DNA of 32,085 bases, taken from contig CAZYQJ010000001.1 of NCBI GenBank assembly GCA_964649925.1, positions 499-32,583 of the forward strand, written 5' to 3'. Numbering within the stretch: the first letter of the stretch is position 1; each line of letters starts with the position of its first letter. Of this stretch, positions 1 to 8,507 are shown in pieces. Under the pieces are notes generated by a model, which saw only the letters and a program-made list of their open reading frames with translations, was not told where the DNA came from and ran no database searches. Origin of the DNA: an uncultured Litorilinea sp. Its GTDB lineage: Bacteria; Chloroflexota; Anaerolineae; Caldilineales; Caldilineaceae. The position numbers and the translations under genes are program-made.

Positions 1-916
1 CCAGCGAAATCGACTGATGCCCTTCGTCAATTCGAAAGACCGCAATGCTGTCATGCCCGCGGTTGGAGACATAGACGACGCGGCCCGATGGGTGAACGTG
101 GATGTCGGCACACCAACTCTTGTCGCGGAAATCCTCCGGCAGCGCCGAGACCGTTTGGCTTTCGAGCAGCGTCCCTTTTTGCTCATCCACCTCAAAAACC
201 GTCACCGTCGAATCCAGTTCATTGGCGACAAAGGCCAGCCGCCCAGACGGGTGAAATGCCATATGCCGCGGCCCTGCCCCCGATTTGGTGCGCGCCCACG
301 GCTGCTCATGATAGGTCACCAGTTTGTACTGTTCAGCGTCCAGTTCGTAGATCAGCACCTTATCCAACCCCAAGTCCGGCACATAGACAAAACGCCCGCT
401 GGGGTCGAAATTCACCGAATGCGGGTGAGGGGCTTGCTGCCGCTGTGGATGCACGCTGGCCCCTTCATGCTGCACCAGGTCCGCCACCGCGCCGAGCGCA
501 CCGTTCTCCAGGATCGGCAGCACACACACGCTGCCGCTGCCATAGTTCGCCACCAGGAGACAACGCTGGCTCGCATCCACAGCCAGATGGCATGGCGAAA
601 GCCCATGCGTAGATTGCTGGTTGAGAAACTCAAGCGAACCGGTTGTGCGGTCTATCGCAAACGCGCTGACAGCGCCGCTGTTCTTGCCGTCGGCCCCGGT
701 CCCTTCGTTGACACAGTAGAGAAAACGACGGCTGGGATCGATGGTCAGAAAGGATGGGTTGGCAACCCCTAATGTTTTCTCCACCAGCGTCATCGCGCCC
801 GTCGCCATATCAAAGCGGAACAGATAGATCCCCTCTCCTTTGCCGCCGACATGCGTTTCGCGGCGCGTGTACGTGCCGACATAGACAAGCCGCTCGGTTT
901 TCTCAGGATTTGCCAT
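1..916 (-). CDS. Lactonase, 7-bladed beta-propeller family (6-phosphogluconolactonase/YbhE-like); 3' end lies beyond the left edge of the window
   Basis: Absent from the ORF track because no stop lies in the window. My reverse-strand translation from ATG 916-914 reads MANPEKTERLVYVGTYTRRETHVGGKGEGIYLFRFDMATGAMTLVEKTLGVANPSFLTIDPSRRFLYCVNE... and stays open to position 1 (...HPHSVNFDPSGRFVYVPDLG...MAFHPSGRLAFVANE...IHVHPSGRVVYVSNRGHDSIAVFRIDE). The repeated HP-SG-R-hYV-N blades are typical of this lactonase family. Confidence 0.8.
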   Translation of the reverse strand, partial: MANPEKTERLVYVGTYTRRETHVGGKGEGIYLFRFDMATGAMTLVEKTLGVANPSFLTIDPSRRFLYCVNEGTGADGKNSGAVSAFAIDRTTGSLEFLNQQSTHGLSPCHLAVDASQRCLLVANYGSGSVCVLPILENGALGAVADLVQHEGASVHPQRQQAPHPHSVNFDPSGRFVYVPDLGLDKVLIYELDAEQYKLVTYHEQPWARTKSGAGPRHMAFHPSGRLAFVANELDSTVTVFEVDEQKGTLLESQTVSALPEDFRDKSWCADIHVHPSGRVVYVSNRGHDSIAVFRIDEGHQSISL

Positions 917-980
917 CTGTCTCTCCAGTCCAGAAGTTGCGGGCATTACCGCCCAGAGTCATTTTGCGCTTCAGATGCAC

Positions 981-2156
981 CTAGGGTAGCGCCGCGGGCC
1001 AACCAAATCTACCGCTCGCATCCGGCAGCAAGTCAGCTACGGCAATCACGGCATGTAACGGCAGCGCGCCATAGATATGCGGAAATTGCTCCTGGGCCAA
1101 CGGGTCACCGGCAAGCGCCGGTTGCTCGTAACGCAGCGTCGATTCTATTGTGCGAAGGTCAATACACAATACCACCAATTCATCGCCAGGGGTAAAGAAA
1201 GCATTCGCTACATGCAGCATCTGTTGGCGCGTCGAGCAGTGAATAAATCCCTCCGTATCGAGAGACGCGGCCCGATACACCCCAACCGGCAGCGCGGCCA
1301 GCCACTCGCGCAGCGGCGCGATATGGTAGATCGGTTCAGGCGGGCCCGTCATCTCCTCCGGCTGCAGGGCTAGTGCCAGATCATGCCAGAAGGCCGCAGG
1401 GCTGTCTGTAACGTACCAACGCACCCCCATATCTAGAAAACGGCGCAGCGCGGCAGGCGTCACCCGAAAGGGCCGCAGTTGCAGCACCACGCCGGCATCC
1501 TGCAGACGGCGCTGCGTGTGCGCCAAGTACGCGTCGTCCAGCGCATAGACCGGTTCAGACCCTGGCTGCGCCACCTGCACATGAAGCTGTAGCTGGCTGA
1601 TCGGTGGCATACCGGAGGCCAGCCATTGATCAACACGCGCCCGGATCGCTTCTGGCGGCCCGCCCGCCCAGGTCATAGCAGGCGCACCAGGAAAGACCCG
1701 CTGTATCTCGGCCAACATCTCTGCATGGCCGCTGACAAAGATCACCTGGCCGGTCACGCCAAACTCATCCAGCTTGCCGCGCAGCACGCTCAGGTCTACC
1801 GCCTTTGGCTCGACATACAGGCGGCGGCCTGGCTGGCGCGCCATCTCGGTCAGCACGTCGTCAAACATCGGCACGCGCGCCCCGCGAAATGCCGGACTGA
1901 AACGGATGCCCGCATCCACGCGTTGTACCTCGTCCAGCATCCATTCCGCTAGCGGGCGATCCGCGACCGCCGCGGGTACATCCGTCGTGCGCGCCAGCGT
2001 GGCATCATGCACACAGACCAGCGCACCGTCCGCGGTTACACGCACATCCGTTTCCGGGATAGCGCCGGGATAACGCCATGCATGGCGAAAGGCAGGCATG
2101 GTGTTCTCCGGCGCTTCGTCCACAGCCCCACGATGAGCCTGGTAAAAGACGTCCAA
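981..2156 (-). CDS. Fusion protein: glycerophosphodiester phosphodiesterase (GDPD) domain + C-terminal DUF952 domain
   Basis: 391-aa ORF with a TTG start at 2156. The N-terminus carries the GDPD signature (YQAHRGAVDEAPENTMPAF...ETDVRVTADGALVCVHD). The C-terminal ~115 aa (IYHIAPLREW..EGFIHCSTRQQ..LRYEQP..FPHIYGALPLHAV) fit the DUF952 pattern (GFIH-ST, LR-E, FPH-YG-L). Confidence 0.8.
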   Translation of the reverse strand: MDVFYQAHRGAVDEAPENTMPAFRHAWRYPGAIPETDVRVTADGALVCVHDATLARTTDVPAAVADRPLAEWMLDEVQRVDAGIRFSPAFRGARVPMFDDVLTEMARQPGRRLYVEPKAVDLSVLRGKLDEFGVTGQVIFVSGHAEMLAEIQRVFPGAPAMTWAGGPPEAIRARVDQWLASGMPPISQLQLHVQVAQPGSEPVYALDDAYLAHTQRRLQDAGVVLQLRPFRVTPAALRRFLDMGVRWYVTDSPAAFWHDLALALQPEEMTGPPEPIYHIAPLREWLAALPVGVYRAASLDTEGFIHCSTRQQMLHVANAFFTPGDELVVLCIDLRTIESTLRYEQPALAGDPLAQEQFPHIYGALPLHAVIAVADLLPDASGRFGWPAALP

Positions 2157-2186
2157 TGCCGTTACCCCCTGATCTCCAGCCTCATC

Positions 2187-3248
2187 TCAGTTCCACCCGT
2201 TGGCATAGGCAGTTTCATACATCGCCACAATATTCTCCGGCGGGCTGACAGCCTGAATGTTATGGCACGGCGCGAGAATATAGCCGCCACCCTTGCCCAG
2301 CGTTTCCAGGTTTTCCAACACTTCAGCCTCCACCTCCTGTACCGTGCCAAAGGGGAGCGTGTGCTGGTTGTCCATCCCACCGTGCAGAACCACTTGTGAG
2401 CCAAAATCGCGCTTGAGCGCGGCTCGCTCCATCCCCGGTGACCGCCACTGGATCGGGTTCAGCACATCAATCCCTGCGGCGATCATGTCCGGGATGATCT
2501 TGCGGATCGCGCCGTCGCTGTGGAAAAAGACGTACACGCCAGCGCTGTGCGCCAGCTCCATCATGCGCTTCATGCGCGGGATAAAGAACTCACGGATGAC
2601 TGCGGGTGAAAACAACAGGCTCTCCTGCCCGCCAAAATCCTCGGCGACATAGGAGAGGTCGATTCTGCCCGGCAGTTGTTCATAGATGCGCAGCGTATTC
2701 TGGTAGGCGAAGTCAAACAGCTTGTCCAGGCAGTAATGTACCAGTTCAGGCTGCAGCACCAGGTCCATATACGCCTGCTCGCGCCCACGCAGGTCGGCAT
2801 AGATCAGGAACGGTTCAGAACCGCCCCCCTGAATCGGGTACTGCTTGCGGTTGCCACGCACCTGATATGGGATGCCCCGGTAGTCAAACCAGTCCACCGT
2901 GGGCCAGCGGTAGTTCGCCTCAATGTCCGCCACCGTGTCATATTGGGCCAGCGGGGCATTGACACACTCTTTATAGCGCCCTGACCCATAGCTCACCCAC
3001 CGGAAGCGCCTCCCATACATATCCTCAAAACGCGGCAGTTTTGCCCCCACATAGCGCGGCGCAACACTCACCACCTTGTCAATGTGCAGCCGCTCATACA
3101 TCTCCCAGCGGTTGCCCACCCCAAGGTGGCGCATCACTATGTCGGTTGCCTCCGGCGTGCCCCAATAGTCCAGGGGAACCCGGTCCGGTGTGTGCCGCGC
3201 CAGCACTGCCTGCCACCGCTCGCGCGGGGTCATGCTCTCGCGGGCCAT
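2187..3248 (-). CDS. Uroporphyrinogen-decarboxylase (URO-D) family protein, MtaA/CmuA-like corrinoid methyltransferase candidate
   Basis: 353 aa; ATG 3248 is preceded by GAGGTGA. Length and sequence pattern fit a URO-D-type TIM barrel. It starts 9 nt after the stop of a B12-binding protein gene. The position I align to the MtaA H-x-C metal motif reads FFHSDG, and a Cys lies in ILAPCHN near the C-terminus. Confidence 0.7.
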   Translation of the reverse strand: MARESMTPRERWQAVLARHTPDRVPLDYWGTPEATDIVMRHLGVGNRWEMYERLHIDKVVSVAPRYVGAKLPRFEDMYGRRFRWVSYGSGRYKECVNAPLAQYDTVADIEANYRWPTVDWFDYRGIPYQVRGNRKQYPIQGGGSEPFLIYADLRGREQAYMDLVLQPELVHYCLDKLFDFAYQNTLRIYEQLPGRIDLSYVAEDFGGQESLLFSPAVIREFFIPRMKRMMELAHSAGVYVFFHSDGAIRKIIPDMIAAGIDVLNPIQWRSPGMERAALKRDFGSQVVLHGGMDNQHTLPFGTVQEVEAEVLENLETLGKGGGYILAPCHNIQAVSPPENIVAMYETAYANGWN

Positions 3249-3257
3249 GCGCTCACC

Positions 3258-3893
3258 TCACCCGACAATTCCGTTGGCCAGCGTCGCGCACTGGCTGGCA
3301 TCCGGCGCAAACCCGTCCGCGCCGATACGCTGGGCAAATGTCTCGGTGACCGGCGCGCCGCCCACCAGTACCTTGACCCGATCGCGCAGCCCGGCGGCCT
3401 TCAACTGGTCGATCACCACCCCCATATTGGGCATGGTCGTCGTCAGCAGCGCCGACAGGGCGACGATATCAGGCTGTTCGCTCTGAACCGTCTCCACAAA
3501 TCGCTCCGGCGCAACGTTCACCCCCAGGTCGATGATCTCAAAGCCAGCGCCCTCCAGCATCATGCCCACTAGGTTCTTGCCAATGTCGTGCATGTCCCCG
3601 CGCACTGTGCCAATCACCACCTTGCCTTTTGGCTCCACCGCCGCTTCGGCCAGATGCGGTCGCAGAAGCGCCAGCCCAGCCTTCATGGCACGTGCCGACA
3701 CCAGCAGTTCTGGCACAAAATACTCACCCTCTTCAAAGAGAGCCCCCACCTCGCGCATGGCTTCGACCAACCCGTCATCCAGCAGGCTCTTGGCAGACAG
3801 GCCCGCCGCTAATCCGGCCTGGACCGCAGCTTCTGTCTCCGGCGCATTTCCGGCGATGACCGCCTCACGGACTGCATTAACATGCTCACTCAT
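3258..3893 (-). CDS. Corrinoid (cobalamin-binding) protein of a methyltransferase system
   Basis: The ORF track starts at 3965. I prefer ATG 3893 (AAGGAG 8 nt upstream), giving 211 aa. B12-binding motifs present: D-x-H-x-x-G (GDMHDIGKN), S-x-L (SALLTTT), GG (VLVGGAPV). An N-terminal helical cap domain is also present. Confidence 0.85.
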   Translation of the reverse strand: MSEHVNAVREAVIAGNAPETEAAVQAGLAAGLSAKSLLDDGLVEAMREVGALFEEGEYFVPELLVSARAMKAGLALLRPHLAEAAVEPKGKVVIGTVRGDMHDIGKNLVGMMLEGAGFEIIDLGVNVAPERFVETVQSEQPDIVALSALLTTTMPNMGVVIDQLKAAGLRDRVKVLVGGAPVTETFAQRIGADGFAPDASQCATLANGIVG

Positions 3894-3978
3894 TCGTCCA
3901 TCTCCTTTGCTGTCGAGAAATTGCGGGATGGAAACCCATCCCTCACAGGGGATATCCTCTAACACAAACAGGCATGCG

Positions 3979-4848
3979 TCAGCAGCCCGTCAAAAAGCGC
4001 GCGCCCTGCAAGATCCCTAGCTTCTCCGCATCAGGATCACGATGGAAATTGGAATCCTCCAGTTCGATTGACACCGCGCCCGCATAGCCAAACTCAACCA
4101 GCAGCCGCAAGATCTCAACCCAGCGTGCTATGCCATGACCTGGGATCGTGTAGCGCCACGTCATGCCCGAGAACGGCTGCGGCTTGGCGAACGTCGCCGG
4201 TTGCTCAGTGCCATACTCGTACAGGTTTTCCTCCAGGATCATCGTATCCTTGCCATGCACATGATAGACCCGCTCACCAAACTCACGCAGAAAACGCAGG
4301 GGGTCAATCCGCATGCGGATCAGGTGCGACGGGTCATAGTTGATCCCCATCGCAGGCGAAGCCACCTGCTCGAAGAAAGCGCGATAGCCTTCCGGCGTGC
4401 AGCAGAGCGCCCCGGGACCTGGCCAGCCCTCGATTACCAGTTTGGCATTGGCTTCCTCCAGCGTCGGTGCCAGTTCGCCAAAGCTCTCGACCATATAGCC
4501 AAAATTCTCCGCCCGCGGCAGTGCCGGGTCTTCGGGCAGCATCACCAGGAAGTGATTGACCGGCCCCAATGCGGCGCAGGCGCGGATATACTCGGCGTTG
4601 CGCGCCAGGGCTTCGGCGCGCCGCCCGCGGTCCGCTGCAATCATGCCCTTGTTGTCGGGCATGTCCACGCTGCCAATGCGCAGCCCCGCATCCACGACCG
4701 CCCGCCCGGTGACATCGCCATCGGTGCGCAGATCGATCACCTCCAGTTCATTCTCCTTCGCCCAGTTCACCAGGGCATTGAGGTCTTGTTGCCACTCCCC
4801 ACCCCCGCGCCGAAAACCGATGGGGAAACCGCCGGTTCGAGTCTTCAC
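3979..4848 (-). CDS. Sugar phosphate isomerase/epimerase, xylose isomerase-like TIM barrel
   Basis: 289 aa; GTG start with AAGGA 8 nt upstream. Pattern typical of the AP-endonuclease-2/xylose-isomerase-like barrel (..NFGYMVESFG.., ..YHVHGKD.., ..AVSIELED..). Confidence 0.7.
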   Translation of the reverse strand: MKTRTGGFPIGFRRGGGEWQQDLNALVNWAKENELEVIDLRTDGDVTGRAVVDAGLRIGSVDMPDNKGMIAADRGRRAEALARNAEYIRACAALGPVNHFLVMLPEDPALPRAENFGYMVESFGELAPTLEEANAKLVIEGWPGPGALCCTPEGYRAFFEQVASPAMGINYDPSHLIRMRIDPLRFLREFGERVYHVHGKDTMILEENLYEYGTEQPATFAKPQPFSGMTWRYTIPGHGIARWVEILRLLVEFGYAGAVSIELEDSNFHRDPDAEKLGILQGARFLTGC

Positions 4849-4893
4849 AGTCGCAATCCTTTGCTATGGTTGTAGTTCTATGCTTGTGGTGTC

Positions 4894-6459
4894 CTATGGC
4901 TCAATGGCTGGCTGTTCGGCGACGATCTCGCCAACAACCTGTCCCTGCCACTCAGGTGGAATGGGAATCCCCAGCAAGTGTAAGATCGTGGGCGCAACGT
5001 CCGTGATGTGCACAGGCTGTTGAATGATATGGTTCGCGCGCACCCCGGTTCCCCACACAATCCAGGGAATGGTCATGTCCTCGGCTTGCGCTGTGCCATG
5101 ACCGTGGTCATGCCCGCCGTGATCGGCCATGACGATACAGATAGTATCCTCCAGTTCGCCTGCGGCGTCCAGCGACGCGATCACCCTCCCGATGATTGCA
5201 TCGGACTGGGCAACCGCTTGCAGATAGGCGGACGACATCCAGCCGTAGCGATGGCCTGCGGCGTCGGTAGCTTCCAGATAGACAAAGGCAAATGTAGGCC
5301 GCTGGCGCGCGATCTCGCGTGCGGCCACGCCTCCGAGCTCCTCAGCATTGCTGGGTGAAAAACGCCGGTAGACGCTGAGATCGAGCGTGCCGGGCGGAGC
5401 CATATCGCGCAGTTGTTCCCAGGAATAAAAAGCCGCTGTGTCATATCCGCTGTCGTTGATCACCTCGATCAAACTCGGCAGCGGCGGGTCCAGCGGCGTC
5501 CAATCGTTGGTCATGATGCCGTGCTGTTCGGGATGGGCCGAGTAGAAAAGCGACGTATGGCAAGGCAGCGTGATCGAGGGCATGACCGTGCGCGCCTGAC
5601 CTGTCCATGATCCCTGGCGGCGCAGCCGGTCCATCACCGGCGCGTCGGCTGCCTCCAGCGCATCCGGGCGGCAGCCGTCCAGCATAAAGAGGATCACCCG
5701 CTTTGCCACGGGCGGCAGCGACGGGGCCTCCGCCTGCGCTGTCTCGGCGGCATACTCCGCCATCACCTGCAAGAACACATCCCCATGATCCAGGTTGATC
5801 AGGTCGGCCCCCCAGCGCAGCACTTGGCGAAAGGCCGCGGGGTCGTTCTCCGGATGATAGACCATGATCCGCAGGCCGCGCCTCCGGCATTCGTCCACCA
5901 GTGCCGCCGACATATCCTTCAGCCGCACTTCGACCAGGTTCGCCTGGTATTCCTCATCGGCGCGAATGACGTCGGCCACACTCTCCACGTTGATCTTCAA
6001 CGCCAACCTGCTGTCCAGACGCCGGAACTCGCGTGCGTCCGCATCATTGCCAAACCAGAAGAAACAGGCGTCCTGCATCTCCAACGTATGGATGAGGGCG
6101 ATCAACTCCGGCAGATTGGCCGCCTTCACATCTAGAAACACCTTCGCCTGCCCCTTGATCCAGCGCAAGAACGGCTCCAGCCGCGGCACGCGCTCCTGGG
6201 CAAAGTCGGGATGAAACCAGCTTCCGGCGTCCAGCGCGTCGATCTCGCCCGAAGTCAAGTCGCAGAAATTGCCGCGGCCATTCGTCGTCTGTTCCACCGA
6301 AGGCCCGTGCAAGAGGTAATGCACCCCATCACGGCTGAGATTGACATCGACCTCCACATAGTCAACGCCCCACGCGATACACTGCCGCGCTGCCGCATAG
6401 GTATTTTCCGGAGCAACCTTGTTTGCGCCTTTGTGACAGACGATCTCAATTCGACTCAT
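4894..6459 (-). CDS. Fusion protein: GDPD domain + nucleotide pyrophosphatase/phosphodiesterase (NPP, alkaline-phosphatase superfamily) domain
   Basis: 521 aa. N-terminus has GDPD motifs (VCHKGANKVAPENTYAA..YVEVDVNLSRDGVHYLLHG). The C-terminal half has NPP motifs (ILFMLDGCRPD; nucleophile region MPSITLPCHTSLF; metal site MADHGGHDHGHG). The start overlaps the upstream HAD stop as ATGA (6456-6459). Confidence 0.8.
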   Translation of the reverse strand: MSRIEIVCHKGANKVAPENTYAAARQCIAWGVDYVEVDVNLSRDGVHYLLHGPSVEQTTNGRGNFCDLTSGEIDALDAGSWFHPDFAQERVPRLEPFLRWIKGQAKVFLDVKAANLPELIALIHTLEMQDACFFWFGNDADAREFRRLDSRLALKINVESVADVIRADEEYQANLVEVRLKDMSAALVDECRRRGLRIMVYHPENDPAAFRQVLRWGADLINLDHGDVFLQVMAEYAAETAQAEAPSLPPVAKRVILFMLDGCRPDALEAADAPVMDRLRRQGSWTGQARTVMPSITLPCHTSLFYSAHPEQHGIMTNDWTPLDPPLPSLIEVINDSGYDTAAFYSWEQLRDMAPPGTLDLSVYRRFSPSNAEELGGVAAREIARQRPTFAFVYLEATDAAGHRYGWMSSAYLQAVAQSDAIIGRVIASLDAAGELEDTICIVMADHGGHDHGHGTAQAEDMTIPWIVWGTGVRANHIIQQPVHITDVAPTILHLLGIPIPPEWQGQVVGEIVAEQPAIEP

Positions 6460-7004
6460 ATGCGCGCCTGTTCTATTCCTTGTTCAATCATTGGGATAAC
6501 TGACAGAAGTTCCAGCGGCGTTTTGATCCGATAATCAGGCCGCTCCAAGCTGGAGATAGGCACTTTGCGGCGGCGTGGCGACCAGTCGATCCACACGCTG
6601 ACCATGCCCAACGCGTTCGCGCCTGCCACATCACGTTCCAGGTTGTTCCCCACCATGATCGTCCGCCCATAGTCCTGTGGCGCGATGCCCAGCGCATCCA
6701 GCGCATAGCAAAAGATGGCAGGGTCTGGCTTTTCCACGCCCAGCGCGCCGGAGATGGCACGGACGGCAAACCGTTCAAACAGACCGAAATGACCCAACAC
6801 GTTGCGGAAGGTGCCCACTGGGCCATCCGCCACCAACGCCAGCGGGTAGCCTTCAGCCTGCAGCGCGCACACAAGTTCCGCCGCACCGGGGATCAACTCG
6901 GCCACCTGAGTCTCGCCCGCGCTGTTTTTCACCTCCGTCGCCTCATCGACCAACGTATCGCCACTGTCCAGACAGATCGCCAGCAGCCGTCCCCTGGGTT
7001 GCAT
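6456..7004 (-). CDS. HAD-superfamily hydrolase
   Basis: 182 aa with the Rossmannoid HAD pattern (LLAICLDSGDTLVDE; ..LALVADGP..; ..MVGNNLERDVAGANALG). Motif I reads DSGDT, so the Asp+2 position is Gly by my alignment. Confidence 0.75.
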   Translation of the reverse strand: MQPRGRLLAICLDSGDTLVDEATEVKNSAGETQVAELIPGAAELVCALQAEGYPLALVADGPVGTFRNVLGHFGLFERFAVRAISGALGVEKPDPAIFCYALDALGIAPQDYGRTIMVGNNLERDVAGANALGMVSVWIDWSPRRRKVPISSLERPDYRIKTPLELLSVIPMIEQGIEQARI

Positions 7005-7015
7005 AGATGTGCGTC

Positions 7016-8368
7016 CTATCGTAGTGCTGCCGGGCCATCCGGCAGGGGCAGCAGGTCGTCCACGCGTATCAACTTGTTCGTCGCCATAGCGTGGTTGGCC
7101 GCGATCCCCATCATGATCGACGCTGCGCCGTCAATGTGTGAGGCAGCGCGCGCATACGGGTCTGCGGGTGGATTGGGGGAAAGGATCTGCTCCAACATCA
7201 CCGCATCGCCGCCACCATGCCCCCCCTTCGCTTCAGGGATCTCGACCGAGTAGGGTTTGCCAAACATGGGGAAGACGCGGATATACTTACCGCCGAACGC
7301 AGCTTCCGCCTCTTCATCACGGCGCAGCGTTTCCTCTTCCCCAGCTACAAACTGCTTGCCAACCTGCTCTACCAGTTCAATCTCCAGCCGCCCCTTGTCC
7401 CCCGTGATGGCGACCCGGTAGCCTTCCCACGGGCTGTAGGCGATCAGCGAATAGGTGAGCAGCGTGCCGTTGCGATAGCGCGCTGTCAGGCTCATCGTAT
7501 CCTCGACCGTCACATTCTGCCCAAACACGTTGCGGTCGCGCACATACCCGCTGTCTGCCTCAGCCTCCAGATAGAGGGCGCGCAGCACTGGATGCTTGTC
7601 CAAAAAGAGCGCAAACGGATCGTTCGCTGCCTCGGCATGGCCTGTATAGCGCGCGTAGCTGTAGCTTTCACCACGCCGCGCCGCGTTCTCCTCCCCATAA
7701 AAGAACAGATCCCCCATCGCAAAGACCTCTGCTGGATAGGATTGGATCCACCAGTTGATCAAGTCGAAATGGTGCGTTGCCTTGTGCACCAACAGCCCGC
7801 CTGACTTGTCCTTCTCGCGATGCCAGCGGCGGAAATAGTCGGCCCCGTGGTACGTGTCCAGCACCCACTGGAAATTGACGTGCAGCGGCCTGCCCACCAC
7901 CCCCTGCATCAATAACTCACGCACCTTAGTGCTTAACGGTGCATAGCGATAATTGAAGGTCACGCGCAATGATCGGCCCGTCCGCTCAATGGCATCAAAA
8001 ATCGCGCGCGCCTTCTCGTCGTCGATGGTCATCGGCTTTTCGGTGATGGCATCGCACCCCAGTTCCATGGCGCGGATGATGTAGTGGTGGTGGGTGACGT
8101 CCATCGAAGTCACAATCACTACATCTGGGCGGGTCTGTTCCACCATCTGGTCAAACTGGTCAGGGCGATACGTAGGCAGCGGCTCACGCCCGTATTCCTC
8201 GCGCAGTTGGGTGTTGTACCAGGCCATGCGCGTGGGGCTGAGGTCACACAACGCCACCAGTTCATTGTGTTCCGCATACGTTCCGGCAATGGCGTCAACA
8301 TACATCTTCGCACGCCCCCCTGTGCCGACAATCGCATAGCGGCGCTTTCGATCCTCACTATCCATCAT
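7016..8368 (-). CDS. Gfo/Idh/MocA-family NAD(P)-dependent oxidoreductase
   Basis: The ORF track starts at 8428. I prefer ATG 8368 or 8365 (GGGAAGGA just upstream), giving about 450 aa. N-terminal Rossmann motif [14 protein letters not shown], then the typical ..CDAITEKP.. and dimerisation domain. Confidence 0.8.
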   Translation of the reverse strand: MMDSEDRKRRYAIVGTGGRAKMYVDAIAGTYAEHNELVALCDLSPTRMAWYNTQLREEYGREPLPTYRPDQFDQMVEQTRPDVVIVTSMDVTHHHYIIRAMELGCDAITEKPMTIDDEKARAIFDAIERTGRSLRVTFNYRYAPLSTKVRELLMQGVVGRPLHVNFQWVLDTYHGADYFRRWHREKDKSGGLLVHKATHHFDLINWWIQSYPAEVFAMGDLFFYGEENAARRGESYSYARYTGHAEAANDPFALFLDKHPVLRALYLEAEADSGYVRDRNVFGQNVTVEDTMSLTARYRNGTLLTYSLIAYSPWEGYRVAITGDKGRLEIELVEQVGKQFVAGEEETLRRDEEAEAAFGGKYIRVFPMFGKPYSVEIPEAKGGHGGGDAVMLEQILSPNPPADPYARAASHIDGAASIMMGIAANHAMATNKLIRVDDLLPLPDGPAALR

Positions 8369-8409
8369 CCAATCCTTCCCTGTTGGTTGCTTGGTGTGTA
8401 TGGGGAATC

Positions 8410-8430
8410 CAATGGGAACAATCCCCATTG
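8410..8430. promoter_or_regulatory. Perfect inverted repeat CAATGGG-N7-CCCATTG in the divergent control region (candidate operator or 5'-UTR hairpin)
   Basis: Read directly from the sequence: caatggg (8410-8416), aacaatc, cccattg (8424-8430). It lies about 40 nt upstream of the preferred oxidoreductase start. Confidence 0.35.
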
Positions 8431-8496
8431 CATTGGGTAATTTTCCTCACGCTTGCAGCTACACCCTAGGGTAAATCCTCATGGCGCTCCGTTCAA

Positions 8497-8507
8497 AATG
8501 GGAACAA
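8497..8507. promoter_or_regulatory. Second copy of the 11-bp motif AATGGGAACAA (first copy at 8411-8421)
   Basis: Exact 11-mer direct repeat 86 bp apart inside a ~245-bp intergenic region. The first copy overlaps one arm of the inverted repeat. Confidence 0.3.

Noticed and set aside
17-772. 251-aa plus-strand ORF (and the nested ORFs 88..612 and 412..633) at the left end
   Set aside because: Arg/His/Pro-rich with no recognisable motifs. The opposite strand translates into a clean beta-propeller lactonase open from 916 to position 1. These are shadow ORFs of that gene.
979-988. 9-mer CCTAGGGTA shared between 979-988 and the palindrome region at 8465-8473
   Set aside because: An exact 9-mer recurring somewhere in 32 kb is expected many times by chance, and the first copy is just the stop-codon context of a gene.
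3249-3978. Looked for a cobalamin riboswitch or other leader near the corrinoid/methyltransferase genes
   Set aside because: The flanking gaps are only 9-13 nt, and the genes sit mid-operon. There is no space for a riboswitch and no B12-box-like sequence.
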